Below are positions 38,880 to 48,932 of a DNA stretch of 64,000 nt, in pieces. Made by a program: the position numbers and the translations under genes. The notes under the pieces are model-generated. The model was not told where the DNA came from, did not search any database, and saw only the letters and a list, made by a program, of their open reading frames with translations. Source of the stretch: Pseudomonadota bacterium (GTDB lineage Bacteria; Bdellovibrionota; Bdellovibrionia; Bdellovibrionales; Bdellovibrionaceae); the NCBI GenBank assembly GCA_041178425.1, contig JBEGVH010000026.1, forward strand, positions 35,427-99,426. Direction: 5' to 3'. How positions within the stretch are numbered: position 1 is the first letter of the stretch; each line of letters opens with the position of its first letter.

Positions 38880-39413
38880 CTAATCCTGGTAGTAATAATC
38901 GCTGCTGTAAAAATCCTGGTAGTAATCGTTGTCGGAGATTGACCCGTTCGATTCGCGAATCGGGCGTTGTGGAGGTGCAGCGGCTTTCCAATAGCACTTT
39001 AAATTGCGATTGATTTTTGGTCCTCGATCCATGGATGCTAGGATCGAACCATAATAAAATGAGGCCTTTTGTTTTTGAGCGGGCAGTCTAATTTGGATAG
39101 AAATTCGATCACCATAAAAATGTTCAATTTGTTTTTGATGTTTAGTGTAGTTGTAAACCAGGAATCGTTGTTGAAAAACAGCGACTCCATCTTCGATCGT
39201 TTTTATATCTGCATAGACATCGAACTCGCAATCGAGGTCTTTATAGGGATTGGGGCGTGAGAAAACCTCAAGTTTTATTGGCTTTATACCGCGAGTATCT
39301 TCGTACGACTCGCAGAGAGCCACGATAGTTTTTTCACTTTTTGAAACAGCCAATAGCTTCGAACTTATCAAAAAAAAGACAGTCATCAGCAAAAGGTGAG
39401 AAAAGTGTTTCAT
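38880..39413 (-). CDS. Hypothetical secreted protein
   Basis: AAGGA RBS, signal peptide, duplicated DYYQD tail. Confidence 0.65.
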   Translation of the reverse strand: MKHFSHLLLMTVFFLISSKLLAVSKSEKTIVALCESYEDTRGIKPIKLEVFSRPNPYKDLDCEFDVYADIKTIEDGVAVFQQRFLVYNYTKHQKQIEHFYGDRISIQIRLPAQKQKASFYYGSILASMDRGPKINRNLKCYWKAAAPPQRPIRESNGSISDNDYYQDFYSSDYYYQD

Positions 39414-39454
39414 TAAATCGTCCTTTGTTCTTAAGGTTAGCCTTTGATCGGTGC

Positions 39455-40726
39455 CTATTTTAAGTTTCTCAAAGTCGCTTTTAAATCGTCGATCACACCC
39501 TTGTCACTTAGAAATCCTAAGTGGCCACCAAAGGGGTAAATATAAGACTTAAACGCAAGAGTTTTTAACAGGTGTTCTCCTTCAGGAAAACTAATGAAAT
39601 CATTCGAACTGTGAAAGAGAACAATCTTTTTTTCCTTTAAAAGACTTTGGTTATGGCTATTGAGACAGTGCATAAGCTCCGACTGTTTTGCGAGATCGGC
39701 AGGAGATCCGAGCTCGGGGTGTTTTTTTGAGAGTGGGCTGAAAACCTCATTGTTGAGATACTCGGAGATCGATGCGGGAATTGTTTCGGAGATCGACGTT
39801 GTGCCTCGCTTCGAAACTAAATCTCCAATAAAGGCTGAATTCTGTAGTGCTCGACGAAACTCATTGGCAAGTAGCCAAGCCAGAGACGATTCTTTTAAAG
39901 GAAACGCTGTTTGGAGGTCTTCGAAAGTGTTAATTTTGACTTTTCCTTGCATGATCTCAACCACTCGGCCCATTCCAAAAGAAGCTAATTTTTGACGATT
40001 AGCCTCAGACACCTTATGGCCTTGAGCATAGTATTGATCTATTTTACTGATGGCCGTAGCACGGTTGAGGGGCGGGCTGATGAGCACTAAAAAATTGAAA
40101 TTAAAAACATTTTGGTTGCGATCCTCTGCCATTAGGAATGTGGAATCGAGTCCCCCGTAGCTATAGCCCATCAATCCCCAGCGAGAGGGTCTGATATTGT
40201 GATCTTTTTCCAGTTGGCGTTTAATTTTGGTTAAAAGTTGATAGTGATCTTTGGCATCGTGAGGCAGGTAACCCGGACGACCGCTTTTACTCGCAGCAAG
40301 AGCAAAGCTCCAGTGTGTGCTGGAGGGGAGGGTGATGACGGAATAGCCCTGCAGAAACGCTATCTGGGCAAGGAATAATGATCCACCCGATTCGGCTGTA
40401 CCTCCAAGTCCGGGAATAACAACGATCACAGGAGCATCATGACGTGGTTGTAGCGCATAGGTGTAACTTAATTGGTTTGTTTTGTTGTACTGAGAGGGCA
40501 GTGAGCGGCCGCTGGTCAGTGTTGTTTCGACCGCTTCAGGTTTAAAGCTCGGTGCGTTCATAAAAAGCGCCGGAATCGAAGAGAGAAATGGTCTGTCAGG
40601 ATGGTCGGAGATTGTGCTGGCGCCGCTGTAGGCTCCCACAAACAGAGCAAGAAAAAAGGCTTGAAGCTTAACAGTACTAACGCCTTGAACTGAAAACATG
40701 GCTAGAATTCTCCAATAATAAATCAA
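39455..40726 (-). CDS. Secreted alpha/beta hydrolase
   Basis: IPGLGG, GYSYGG, HSSNDF, GGHLG; start uncertain. Confidence 0.8.
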   Translation of the reverse strand: MIYYWRILAMFSVQGVSTVKLQAFFLALFVGAYSGASTISDHPDRPFLSSIPALFMNAPSFKPEAVETTLTSGRSLPSQYNKTNQLSYTYALQPRHDAPVIVVIPGLGGTAESGGSLFLAQIAFLQGYSVITLPSSTHWSFALAASKSGRPGYLPHDAKDHYQLLTKIKRQLEKDHNIRPSRWGLMGYSYGGLDSTFLMAEDRNQNVFNFNFLVLISPPLNRATAISKIDQYYAQGHKVSEANRQKLASFGMGRVVEIMQGKVKINTFEDLQTAFPLKESSLAWLLANEFRRALQNSAFIGDLVSKRGTTSISETIPASISEYLNNEVFSPLSKKHPELGSPADLAKQSELMHCLNSHNQSLLKEKKIVLFHSSNDFISFPEGEHLLKTLAFKSYIYPFGGHLGFLSDKGVIDDLKATLRNLK

Positions 40727-40880
40727 ATGTCTTTGTTGAATCAGACCGGAGAGATAGGCCTCTCTCTGCAGGGTGTAAAGTCTTTTGAAAATAATGTCTT
40801 AGTGCCGGTTTGATCAAAAGACTGAAAAAAATTCAGAAAATGCCACTCGGTAATGTCGAGCTCGGACCTTCGATTGCGTT

Positions 40881-41849
40881 TTAGTAGCCCCGCTTAAAAA
40901 TGTCGTCGGCGTAGTGTTTTGGTAAATATTTCTTAGCTCTGGCCGCGAGGTTAAGGACCAGCTTTTCCTTGCGTTCTCGACAGAGGCGATTCAGCATTTC
41001 AGGTTCAATTCCTGTGGCTTTAAAAACCTCTTTGAGATTGTCCTTTCCATTTCTCGTTTTCGCAACATAAGCAATAGAATCCAAATTGTAATCTAATCGG
41101 CCTGTTTTTTTAAATATATAATCCCCACTCGGTTCGCGTTCAAAAACGCCTCTCGCAAAAGGCTCGTTTTCATCACCCTCTGAGTCTTCATCCACGGGCT
41201 CCACTAAACTGATTGATTTGGGTGATTTTTCTGAAAATTGAACAAGAGCGGGATGAGGATCTTCTTTTGAGTGGTAATGAAAAACCACGCTAAGTTCACT
41301 GCCCGAAATGCCGCCAGAAGGAAATCGAAGTAGGCGGTTTCCTCGTAACTTTACCGACTGTACCCTGTCAGGATTACGCTCGCAGGTGAGATCAGATAGA
41401 TCGTTGGCTATAGCGTCGATCTTGATCATGCAAACCTTAGTCGCTTCGCACCCCGTGACAGGCACAATTTGCGAGCTTGACATGCCGGTCATTTCAAAGT
41501 TTGTGCAAGTGTCCCATGTTTTATCTTTGGTGCGATTTTTTTTTACGTTTCGAGTTGATTTTGGCAGCGTATCTGAGGGTGCTTGAGTGAAGTAGTAAAA
41601 AAACGGAAGTTCTTGTCCTGTCTCTGCGTCTTTTTCAAAAACGATCTGCTTCCATTGAGATTCTTTTTTATCTTTGTATTTACAGTGATGGAGGGATATC
41701 GTCCCTGTCGACATAATTCCACGATCTGAAACCGGGGAGCTTCCACCGACTTCATTGATCGTCTCTTGGCCAAACACCCTTAATGTTACGAGTAAACAAA
41801 AAAAAGAGAGAGTAGCCACTGCCCTTGTTGATAAAATTCTGCCTTGCAT
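40881..41849 (-). CDS. Hypothetical secreted protein
   Basis: Long ORF with signal-peptide-like N-terminus; no family recognised. Confidence 0.6.
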   Translation of the reverse strand: MQGRILSTRAVATLSFFCLLVTLRVFGQETINEVGGSSPVSDRGIMSTGTISLHHCKYKDKKESQWKQIVFEKDAETGQELPFFYYFTQAPSDTLPKSTRNVKKNRTKDKTWDTCTNFEMTGMSSSQIVPVTGCEATKVCMIKIDAIANDLSDLTCERNPDRVQSVKLRGNRLLRFPSGGISGSELSVVFHYHSKEDPHPALVQFSEKSPKSISLVEPVDEDSEGDENEPFARGVFEREPSGDYIFKKTGRLDYNLDSIAYVAKTRNGKDNLKEVFKATGIEPEMLNRLCRERKEKLVLNLAARAKKYLPKHYADDIFKRGY

Positions 41850-41969
41850 ACCTTTAGTATCAGTAAATTCCCAATAATTCAAAAGTCCTGATGATTGGAT
41901 TTTTCTCCAGACAAATAAACAAGGGTCTTAAATAAGGAGGCAAAGAGTCAATGTTTCAGAATGAGATTG

Positions 41970-41991
41970 AGGGATCTCGGACGAGATCCCT
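41970..41991. terminator. Hairpin/possible terminator
   Basis: AGGGATCTCG-ga-CGAGATCCCT downstream of 42020-42445. Confidence 0.5.
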
Positions 41992-42019
41992 TTCTGTGCA
42001 ATGAGGGAGAGTTTAAGAC

Positions 42020-42445
42020 CTAGTAGATAACTTGGCTGTAACGGCAGTCATTGTCTTCGTTAATTAGCACTGTTTCGATATAGCTATCACTTGTTTTCAT
42101 AAGTGTGATTTCGTTTGCACACCAAGTCTTCACGGTTTTTGGAATACTGGATTTCTTCTGATTCACCAAAAGTTGGGACACGATGATGACGCAGTTGTCG
42201 TAATCATTGGGCGTGCAATTCTGCTTTGCTGCCTTGAACGTAATCAGTTCAATATCAGCACCGCGAGAGATGCTCACCGATTTATCAGCGAGATCTTCAC
42301 CCACAGCGCTCTCCATGGCCAGCTTCATGCGTTCCACAGGATTGCCAAGGGCTGCGTGGCTAATGGAGCCCAGCAAGCTGACGGATGCCATGGTGTAGAT
42401 TAATCCTGAACGTAAAATTTGTTTATAGATGGATTTTGTTTTCAT
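42020..42445 (-). CDS. Small secreted hypothetical protein
   Basis: AGGAGG RBS, signal peptide SHA|A, four Cys. Confidence 0.7.
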   Translation of the reverse strand: MKTKSIYKQILRSGLIYTMASVSLLGSISHAALGNPVERMKLAMESAVGEDLADKSVSISRGADIELITFKAAKQNCTPNDYDNCVIIVSQLLVNQKKSSIPKTVKTWCANEITLMKTSDSYIETVLINEDNDCRYSQVIY

Positions 42446-42475
42446 GTGACCTCCTGCGATCGCGGCTTAGCGAGT

Positions 42476-42490
42476 GCAATTGAGAAGCCA
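42476..42490 (-). promoter_or_regulatory. Putative sigma54 promoter
   Basis: Minus strand TGGCTT-CTCAA-TTGC upstream of ATG 42445. Confidence 0.55.
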
Positions 42491-42636
42491 GAGATAGGTG
42501 TGGCGTAGAGCTATCTGATTCGATTCGAAGACACTTTCCGCAAAGCTTCGCTATCGATGAAATCGACAATACGCCAAAGTTTGGCAATGGCGAGGGCTCA
42601 AACTCATCTGGGGGGCTATAGGAACGGACAAAATAA

Positions 42637-42662
42637 AAAGGGTCGGATGAAGCCGACCCTTT
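42637..42662 (-). terminator. Intrinsic terminator of giant gene B
   Basis: AAAGGGTCGG-atgaag-CCGACCCTTT with U-tract on minus strand. Confidence 0.8.
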
Positions 42663-42685
42663 AATATCATACTATCGTTCGTAAA

Positions 42686-45600
42686 TCACTTTTTCGCTAA
42701 GTCAGTGACTTCCACCATGCGGCCAGTATCGAAAAAGATGTCGTAGCTATTGCAGCCGCTCTTACCGCACTGACGAGGGCCAAAGAATTTCGCCTGGTAC
42801 TTAATCACGTTACCGTTGCTCCATTGTTTGTCGGTGGGAACATCCTGGTACTTAACTCCAATACTCGATACGCTCATTTGGCTCAGCGTTTTGAGCTCGT
42901 GGGGTTCAGATCCACCGTTTTTGTTCATATCAAGCCAAACAAGAAGTTTGCCATAGACGGAATCCTTTTGGTCTATCAGACCATCGTTATTTTCATCGTA
43001 TTGTTTGAGGGCCTCGTAGCCATTAGAGGCTAGTTTTCCATTTTGTAATCGAGTGAATTGGCCAAAGAGCTCTCGGCCATCATCAATCTGACCATTGTGA
43101 TTGAGGTCGAGGCCCAGGAGTCCCCCTTGGTGCCCAGCAATCCAGCCGGTATTGATAGGCTTGCCGTCTCCCATGAGATCAAATTTCACCTCTGAATCTT
43201 GAGGGATTGTTTGAATCATGCCCTTGTTCACAAAGTCGAGAGCGATGGGGCTATAAAGTGTGGTGCGGTAACCGATCGTCGTCCCGACTTGTTCTTTGCC
43301 GCTTCCATCCACGCGAACTGGAGTGACGGTGAAATAGTTTGCCTGTGACCAATTCGTTGATTTCATGCAGCCATCGTAGACCGCGAAGCGATCCATGAGG
43401 TTCGGCAATTGTAGATCGTAGCGGCCTTTGGGAAGAGTCTTGTCGGAGACCGCCGAGAAGATCGTTCTCGCTTGCCTAGGGCTTAAGAGATCAGATTGTG
43501 AGGTAGGTGCTGCCACGTTAGCGACATCAACGGTGTAGTTCGATCCGGCCGCGCAGTTGTTGGCTCCTGCAGAAGAAACCTTAACTCGGTTAAAGGTTCC
43601 CCAGAGTCGCAAGATCATATTGCTCTTGTTGTTTTCAAAGGATCCCACCCGAAAGTTAATCCAACACATGGGGGTCGAAATATATCCCGATCCAGCCCCC
43701 TGAGCGAACACTGGGTCGTTGATTCCGCTACTGCAGCTGGACGAGAACGCCCAGCCATCAGTACTTGCGTTCACTGTCCCGGCTCCAATGTTATAGTAAG
43801 CGAGATTTGGCAAAATATGGCGCACAGCCGTCAACACGGGTGTGTACACCGGGCCAGCCGCCTTAATCAAGGCCGCTTGGATTTCGGCTTGTAAGGACGC
43901 ATCCAAACTCGCCTTGGCAATGTTCACTTTTGCTAAGATGGTTGATCCAGCCACGCGAGTATCAGCACCGGCCGCAAAGGCCACATAAGGGAGCACATTG
44001 CCCATGGTTGTCTTGAGGCCGCTAACATCTTGGTAGTAGGCGGTGAGGTTGGTGTTGATATCTTTAACGGCGCGATTAAATTCCATCTGCCAAGAGTCTT
44101 CTTGGGGGCTTAATGAACGCGCGAGTTCAATAAATCGGTCGTATTTACGGCGAGCATCATCGGCCGAGTATTTATCACGACCAGCGCGAGCCAAAAGCAG
44201 GGCGAGTGAATTGATTTGCTTTAGGAGCTTGTCTTCGGATTCGGAGATTTGAGCATCGCTCACAGCCATAGCTCGTATTTTCATTTCGGCCGACGTAATA
44301 CGGTTTTTTAAACCTTTGAAGTTTATTCGTAAGCTTTCAACCGCTCTTGGCAAAACTAAACTATTTGAAATCGCTGTACGCAAGGAGTTGTTGTTGCTTG
44401 AGTTATCATCGAGCAAGGTGGCTTTAGCCCAGCCGTCGATCGCAGCAATACAAGCAGCCGTAGGGCGAGCTTCCATCCCGTCGTAATCGAGCATATAGGC
44501 TGCGAGTGCTTGTGATAGAATGGCCGAGCCAACCATGTCGGACTGATCGGTCTGACCGGTAAAGAAGATACGGTTGTTACTGTCGGAAGCACTACGCATT
44601 CCACTGAGGAGCATTTTCATGTATGCAATCCCCAAAAGACGGAACGAGTCTCTTCCGATCACGCGCGCAAAAGGTGTTGTTTTTATTTCGCCGCAGGTTG
44701 CACCGACGGCTGCCTTGAGGCTGGCATCAAAGAAAGGGAGTTTATCTTGGTCAGCCAAGCCATTAAGAATAAGAGCTTTCATAAACTCTTCGTCAACATC
44801 TCTGAGCATTAAGGGCATTGAAGCGAGTATATCGATGATCGCGTCACGGTCTTGCATAAAGAGAGCATTGATCTCGTCGCTTGTTTTTTTGTTAAAGCCA
44901 ACAAGCGGAGAGAGTGATACTGGAAAGGCCGTTTCACGAAGATTCACATAACTGGCCTGAATAGCATAGAGCGCCTTGGCCGATTCACTGAGTTCGTCTT
45001 TAAATCCATCATCGGCTCCAGCAATTGAAGCAATCTTTCCACCTAAGGCGTTGGTTATAGCGGTTAGTCGATCTTTAGTTTTATCATCTAACACCGACAA
45101 CTTAGACTCTAAGTCTTGCTTAGTTATGTTGAGTGCTTGGGCGGCGCGAACCTTTTCGTTTTCAAAGTCTGTTCGGAGGGAGCTAATCTGCGAAGCTAGA
45201 TTTGCCTGAACGCCGTTGATCTTTTGATCCAGTTGCGCATCGCGAAGGGCAAGGGCGTATGTGGCCCCAAAGAGACCGCACGCTTTCCAGCTGTCTTCGT
45301 TACACTCGGCAGCAGAAGCAGAAGAGCTAATGTCTCCCACCAGTGACTTAATCATTCCGTCATTCACGCCTTCTGGAGCTTCTAAACAACCGGGGTTACA
45401 CTCTTTTCCACCCCAAATAGCCAAGCCCTGAACTTCTGTTCGTTGATTGAGGAAGTGAATGGCAATGTCTTGGCGAATGTTTATAAGGATGTTTAGTCGT
45501 TCCGATGCCGTCTTACTCGTCCAGCTTCGGCAATTTTGCGGAGCCACAGGCTTACCTGTGTCATCAAGGCATTCACCGCAAAAGGTCGGGTACTTCATGG

Positions 45601-46660
45601 CGCACATCTCATAAAGCACAATTTCTTTATTTTTTGTACAGGCTTCGCTCACGCTGGTGCGGTAGTCGGCAAGAAACTCTTCAAAGGTGGCCTTTTTTTG
45701 GCCTAAGAGAAGTTCAATTCCGTTGCGAGTATCGAGATCTTGATTACACTTCCAGTCGTTGATGGCTGCTTCATAAGAACTTGAACCGGCATTTTTGAGA
45801 GTTGTGAGTTCTTGGTTAATAGAGGCAACCACTCTGTTGTTTTCTTCGGTGTTCTTCGCGACTGAGGCCACGAAAACATCATAGGAGCCCTTGAAGTTGG
45901 CCATGTCGGAGCCCTGTTGTACCACCACGCCATTGAGTTGCTGGTACATATTAATAGCCGACTCCGCAAGTCGGACCCCATAGTCGGCACGTTCTTTGGC
46001 GGCCTTGATGCCAGCTTGCATTTGAGCTTTGTCCGCAATGTATTCTTTAATGTGTTCAGCGAGGGCCAACTTTCCCTGAGCTTCAACAACTTCAAGCTGT
46101 TTATTGGTCAGATCAATATCTTTTTGAAGGAGTTTGTCGGCATTATCTACGTACGCGAGAACTCTTTTTTCGAGAGCGGGAATGACCTCATTGTTAATTC
46201 GATCGACTTGGCCTTGAAGATTCTTAAGGTTGCCGAAGATCACGTCAATTTGACCTTGAAGAACGAGAAAATTAATTCGGTCTCGCATTTTTGAAAGGGA
46301 GTCGACGAGTTTGGTGTAGAGTTTCAATACGTCGTTGGAGTTTGTTGGCATTTGCATTTCGAAGATCAATTGCTTAATCTTTTCAAGTGAGCGAGCCATG
46401 TTGGGGCTGAGTGTGGAGAGATAGGAGTCTCCTGGGTATTCAGCCATCTGCTTGATTCCAGCTTCAGCATCATTGATTGTTTCGAAGATAAAATCTTCGC
46501 TCGTGATTTTTGTGCTGGAAACATCTTTTACGTAGTTGAAGGGCGTTGTGTTATTACAGTTCGTGCCGTAGGCAAAAACGAACGATAGAATGCCCACGTA
46601 GAACACGAGATAATACTTTCTCTTGTAAATGAAATTTATGAACGACTTGAAATCTTTCAT
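42686..46660 (-). CDS. Giant coiled-coil surface protein B with C-terminal FrpC-type self-processing-module-like (Ca-binding) domain
   Basis: AGGGGG RBS before ATG 46660; hydrophobic N-terminus ending AYGTNC; long heptads; YSPIALDF...FDLMGDG..TGW...DLNHNGQIDDGRELFG...GYEAL..YD.N.DG.ID..D...L.VW.D.N.NG.S...EL.TL. Confidence 0.85.
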   Translation of the reverse strand: MKDFKSFINFIYKRKYYLVFYVGILSFVFAYGTNCNNTTPFNYVKDVSSTKITSEDFIFETINDAEAGIKQMAEYPGDSYLSTLSPNMARSLEKIKQLIFEMQMPTNSNDVLKLYTKLVDSLSKMRDRINFLVLQGQIDVIFGNLKNLQGQVDRINNEVIPALEKRVLAYVDNADKLLQKDIDLTNKQLEVVEAQGKLALAEHIKEYIADKAQMQAGIKAAKERADYGVRLAESAINMYQQLNGVVVQQGSDMANFKGSYDVFVASVAKNTEENNRVVASINQELTTLKNAGSSSYEAAINDWKCNQDLDTRNGIELLLGQKKATFEEFLADYRTSVSEACTKNKEIVLYEMCAMKYPTFCGECLDDTGKPVAPQNCRSWTSKTASERLNILINIRQDIAIHFLNQRTEVQGLAIWGGKECNPGCLEAPEGVNDGMIKSLVGDISSSASAAECNEDSWKACGLFGATYALALRDAQLDQKINGVQANLASQISSLRTDFENEKVRAAQALNITKQDLESKLSVLDDKTKDRLTAITNALGGKIASIAGADDGFKDELSESAKALYAIQASYVNLRETAFPVSLSPLVGFNKKTSDEINALFMQDRDAIIDILASMPLMLRDVDEEFMKALILNGLADQDKLPFFDASLKAAVGATCGEIKTTPFARVIGRDSFRLLGIAYMKMLLSGMRSASDSNNRIFFTGQTDQSDMVGSAILSQALAAYMLDYDGMEARPTAACIAAIDGWAKATLLDDNSSNNNSLRTAISNSLVLPRAVESLRINFKGLKNRITSAEMKIRAMAVSDAQISESEDKLLKQINSLALLLARAGRDKYSADDARRKYDRFIELARSLSPQEDSWQMEFNRAVKDINTNLTAYYQDVSGLKTTMGNVLPYVAFAAGADTRVAGSTILAKVNIAKASLDASLQAEIQAALIKAAGPVYTPVLTAVRHILPNLAYYNIGAGTVNASTDGWAFSSSCSSGINDPVFAQGAGSGYISTPMCWINFRVGSFENNKSNMILRLWGTFNRVKVSSAGANNCAAGSNYTVDVANVAAPTSQSDLLSPRQARTIFSAVSDKTLPKGRYDLQLPNLMDRFAVYDGCMKSTNWSQANYFTVTPVRVDGSGKEQVGTTIGYRTTLYSPIALDFVNKGMIQTIPQDSEVKFDLMGDGKPINTGWIAGHQGGLLGLDLNHNGQIDDGRELFGQFTRLQNGKLASNGYEALKQYDENNDGLIDQKDSVYGKLLVWLDMNKNGGSEPHELKTLSQMSVSSIGVKYQDVPTDKQWSNGNVIKYQAKFFGPRQCGKSGCNSYDIFFDTGRMVEVTDLAKK

Positions 46661-46897
46661 GTTTACCCCCTGATAACGGACCTGCAACGTAACCATATCC
46701 TCGCAGGAATGGCTGGTCTCTCTAGTTTATTTGGTTTGCATTGATACCTAAAGTTAATTTGTTTTAGGGCTTCTTTTTGATACATTCGAAATTTAATTTT
46801 GAAACAAGACCTGCCTGAATTTGAACCAATGAAGGCCATTGATGAGCCGAAGTGACGGCCTAGGGAGGTCTTATTATAGTTAATCGTTTAGATCGTC

Positions 46898-48853
46898 TCA
46901 TTCTGGTAGATTGGATGACTGTTTCAATTCTCGCAGTGAATGGTTCTCAGCCTCGAGGGCTTCTAATTTTTGACGGATCAGTTCCAGTTCGATGTGTTGC
47001 TCCTGAGCCAGTTCTTGAGCCTTTTTTATATGAACATTGTGGAGCTCTTTGATGGCATTAATAGCCGCCCAATGAATAGGATCGACATTGAGCTCTAGAT
47101 AACCTCTGGGATTCAGTTGCACGGCCTCGGGAATGACTTTTTGAATTTCTTGAGCATTAAAACCACTGAGCTCAACCTCATGCGGTAGTCCAAGGGAGTT
47201 CTCATTTTTGTAGCGATAATGAATGGGTTGAATCTTTAAAATATCTTCGAGTCCATACCGGAACTCCCCACCGATTTCCTGTAGGCGTTCATCCGATGCG
47301 ATTCTCCATGATGAGCCCGAACTAAGGCCTGCCGAGCCCACGACATGCAAGGTATTTTCTGGGTTGGGAGTGCCAATGCCCACATTTCCTTGGCTGGTGA
47401 TACGAAGCCTTTCTGCCGGGCGTTCGTTTTGGGGTTCTCGTTCACTGGTAGAACCGGTGTTGAAAGTGAGATCCATGGAGGAAGTCGATGTATTTTCTGC
47501 GTCGACAACTCCGGAAATGGAGGCTCCGATTTGGGTTTGTTGATCACCCATCTTACGTCGTATTTTTAGCGCATCGAAAACAGTTTCTTTTCGTTCCTTC
47601 AAGGGAGGGAGCAGGCTTAATAAGGGTGGCGGCAGCTGGAGCTCTTCCACTCTGGCGGGCATTGGTTCCGCGAGGGGCGGTTCGTTGAGTTGGAGGGCCA
47701 CTGCACCGGCCGAGGCGCTGATCTGTGGAAGACTATGGGAATAATCGTGGATGTTATTTTCGTCAGGAGGTTTCACCTCAGTCAGAGCCTGCGGCGGTTG
47801 CGGAGGAACAGGAACAGGTGTTTCTATTGTTGGCGCGCGCAGGAGAGTTGTTTTTGGCTCAAACGGTTCGTCTGGTTCCTGGGGTTTTTCTGCTTCGGTG
47901 ATGGATGGGGCCGAAGCTGTCGTGGGTGCGGGAGCGACAACCGATTTTTCATGTGCCGCCGCAGAAAGGCTCATGATGTGCTCTTTGAGTCTCAAGCCTA
48001 CTGCAGTGAATTGTTGAAAGTCATCGTTTTTTCGAACCTTAAAAGGGCGGTAGTTTCCGCCGATAAGATCGTCGATGTAGCGTTCGAGAGCATAGACCGG
48101 GCCCGCCACGCGATGCGAGATGGATTTGCCAAAAATAAAAAGAGCACCAATAAAAATGGCCGTAACAGCACAGAGACTGAGTACAAAGGGGTAAAGGTAA
48201 CCGTGAAGCATTTCCGTGTCGCCATTGGTAAGCGTACTCAGCGTGACTCGCAGATAGGTATAGGCCAGAATACTCACAATAAGGGCCATACTCAAAGAGG
48301 AGATGGTGAGAATGAAACAATACTTCAGTTGAAACTTTAAATTGATCCAGCGAGTTTTGCGAACGTTGGCATCGGGCCAAAAAACATCAGCGTACTTGAA
48401 GAGGCTCACTAAAATCATTAGATGGCCAATCCATTGCATGAGATCGGCGATATTAAAGACCGGTGTCACTTTGTCTTTGTAGTATTTTATGCTTACAAAA
48501 TCGATGACGGCGCCCCAGGTGATTCGGTCGGCCACATTGCCAATGATTCCACCGATCAATAGAGCTAAGCCAATCCGAAGAATGATGGCGCGTGTGGGGA
48601 GTAAGTATTGGATCACAAAGAAGCTAAAAAAGAGAAAAGCTCCAGCTGTTGATAGCGTTACGATTCGTAGAACATCAGGAAGCTGTTTAAACATTCCAAG
48701 CATGGCGCCAGAGTTGTATTGGAGAGAGAATACAAAAGGCCCGTAGTAATGAATACTTGAATACTTGAGTGCCTCCAACTTGGTGTAGCGATCGACTACC
48801 CAAGTGAGCACAATAGCAAGAATCATCCAAAACCAATCAAGTTTACGAAGCAC
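46898..48853 (-). CDS. Fusion: lipoprotein signal peptidase II (LspA) - 2TM/HAMP-like - Pro-rich linker - fibre repeat - S74 domain
   Basis: NSGAMLG, GGIIGNVADR..GAVIDF, FNIAD LspA motifs; SHRVAGPVYAL..R.NDDF HAMP-like; ERLRITSQGNVGIGT; SDERLQ..GFNAQEIQKVIPEAV; GTG start 48853 with AGGAG. Confidence 0.82.
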   Translation of the reverse strand: MLRKLDWFWMILAIVLTWVVDRYTKLEALKYSSIHYYGPFVFSLQYNSGAMLGMFKQLPDVLRIVTLSTAGAFLFFSFFVIQYLLPTRAIILRIGLALLIGGIIGNVADRITWGAVIDFVSIKYYKDKVTPVFNIADLMQWIGHLMILVSLFKYADVFWPDANVRKTRWINLKFQLKYCFILTISSLSMALIVSILAYTYLRVTLSTLTNGDTEMLHGYLYPFVLSLCAVTAIFIGALFIFGKSISHRVAGPVYALERYIDDLIGGNYRPFKVRKNDDFQQFTAVGLRLKEHIMSLSAAAHEKSVVAPAPTTASAPSITEAEKPQEPDEPFEPKTTLLRAPTIETPVPVPPQPPQALTEVKPPDENNIHDYSHSLPQISASAGAVALQLNEPPLAEPMPARVEELQLPPPLLSLLPPLKERKETVFDALKIRRKMGDQQTQIGASISGVVDAENTSTSSMDLTFNTGSTSEREPQNERPAERLRITSQGNVGIGTPNPENTLHVVGSAGLSSGSSWRIASDERLQEIGGEFRYGLEDILKIQPIHYRYKNENSLGLPHEVELSGFNAQEIQKVIPEAVQLNPRGYLELNVDPIHWAAINAIKELHNVHIKKAQELAQEQHIELELIRQKLEALEAENHSLRELKQSSNLPE

Positions 48854-48873
48854 GCATTTTTCTCCTGCTTTTC

Positions 48874-48901
48874 TTATCGGCGGGAGGTTCAAAAAACTGT
48901 G
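48874..48901 (-). promoter_or_regulatory. Possible sigma28 (FliA) promoter
   Basis: Exact GCCGATAA -10 box 20 nt upstream of the GTG; -35 (CACAGTTT) is a weak match. Confidence 0.35.
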
Positions 48902-48932
48902 GTCCAGGGGAGTAAAGATCTAGACTAAAGCA

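Noticed and set aside
47690..48340. 216-aa plus-strand ORF
   Set aside because: Antisense shadow of the LspA fusion; no recognisable features
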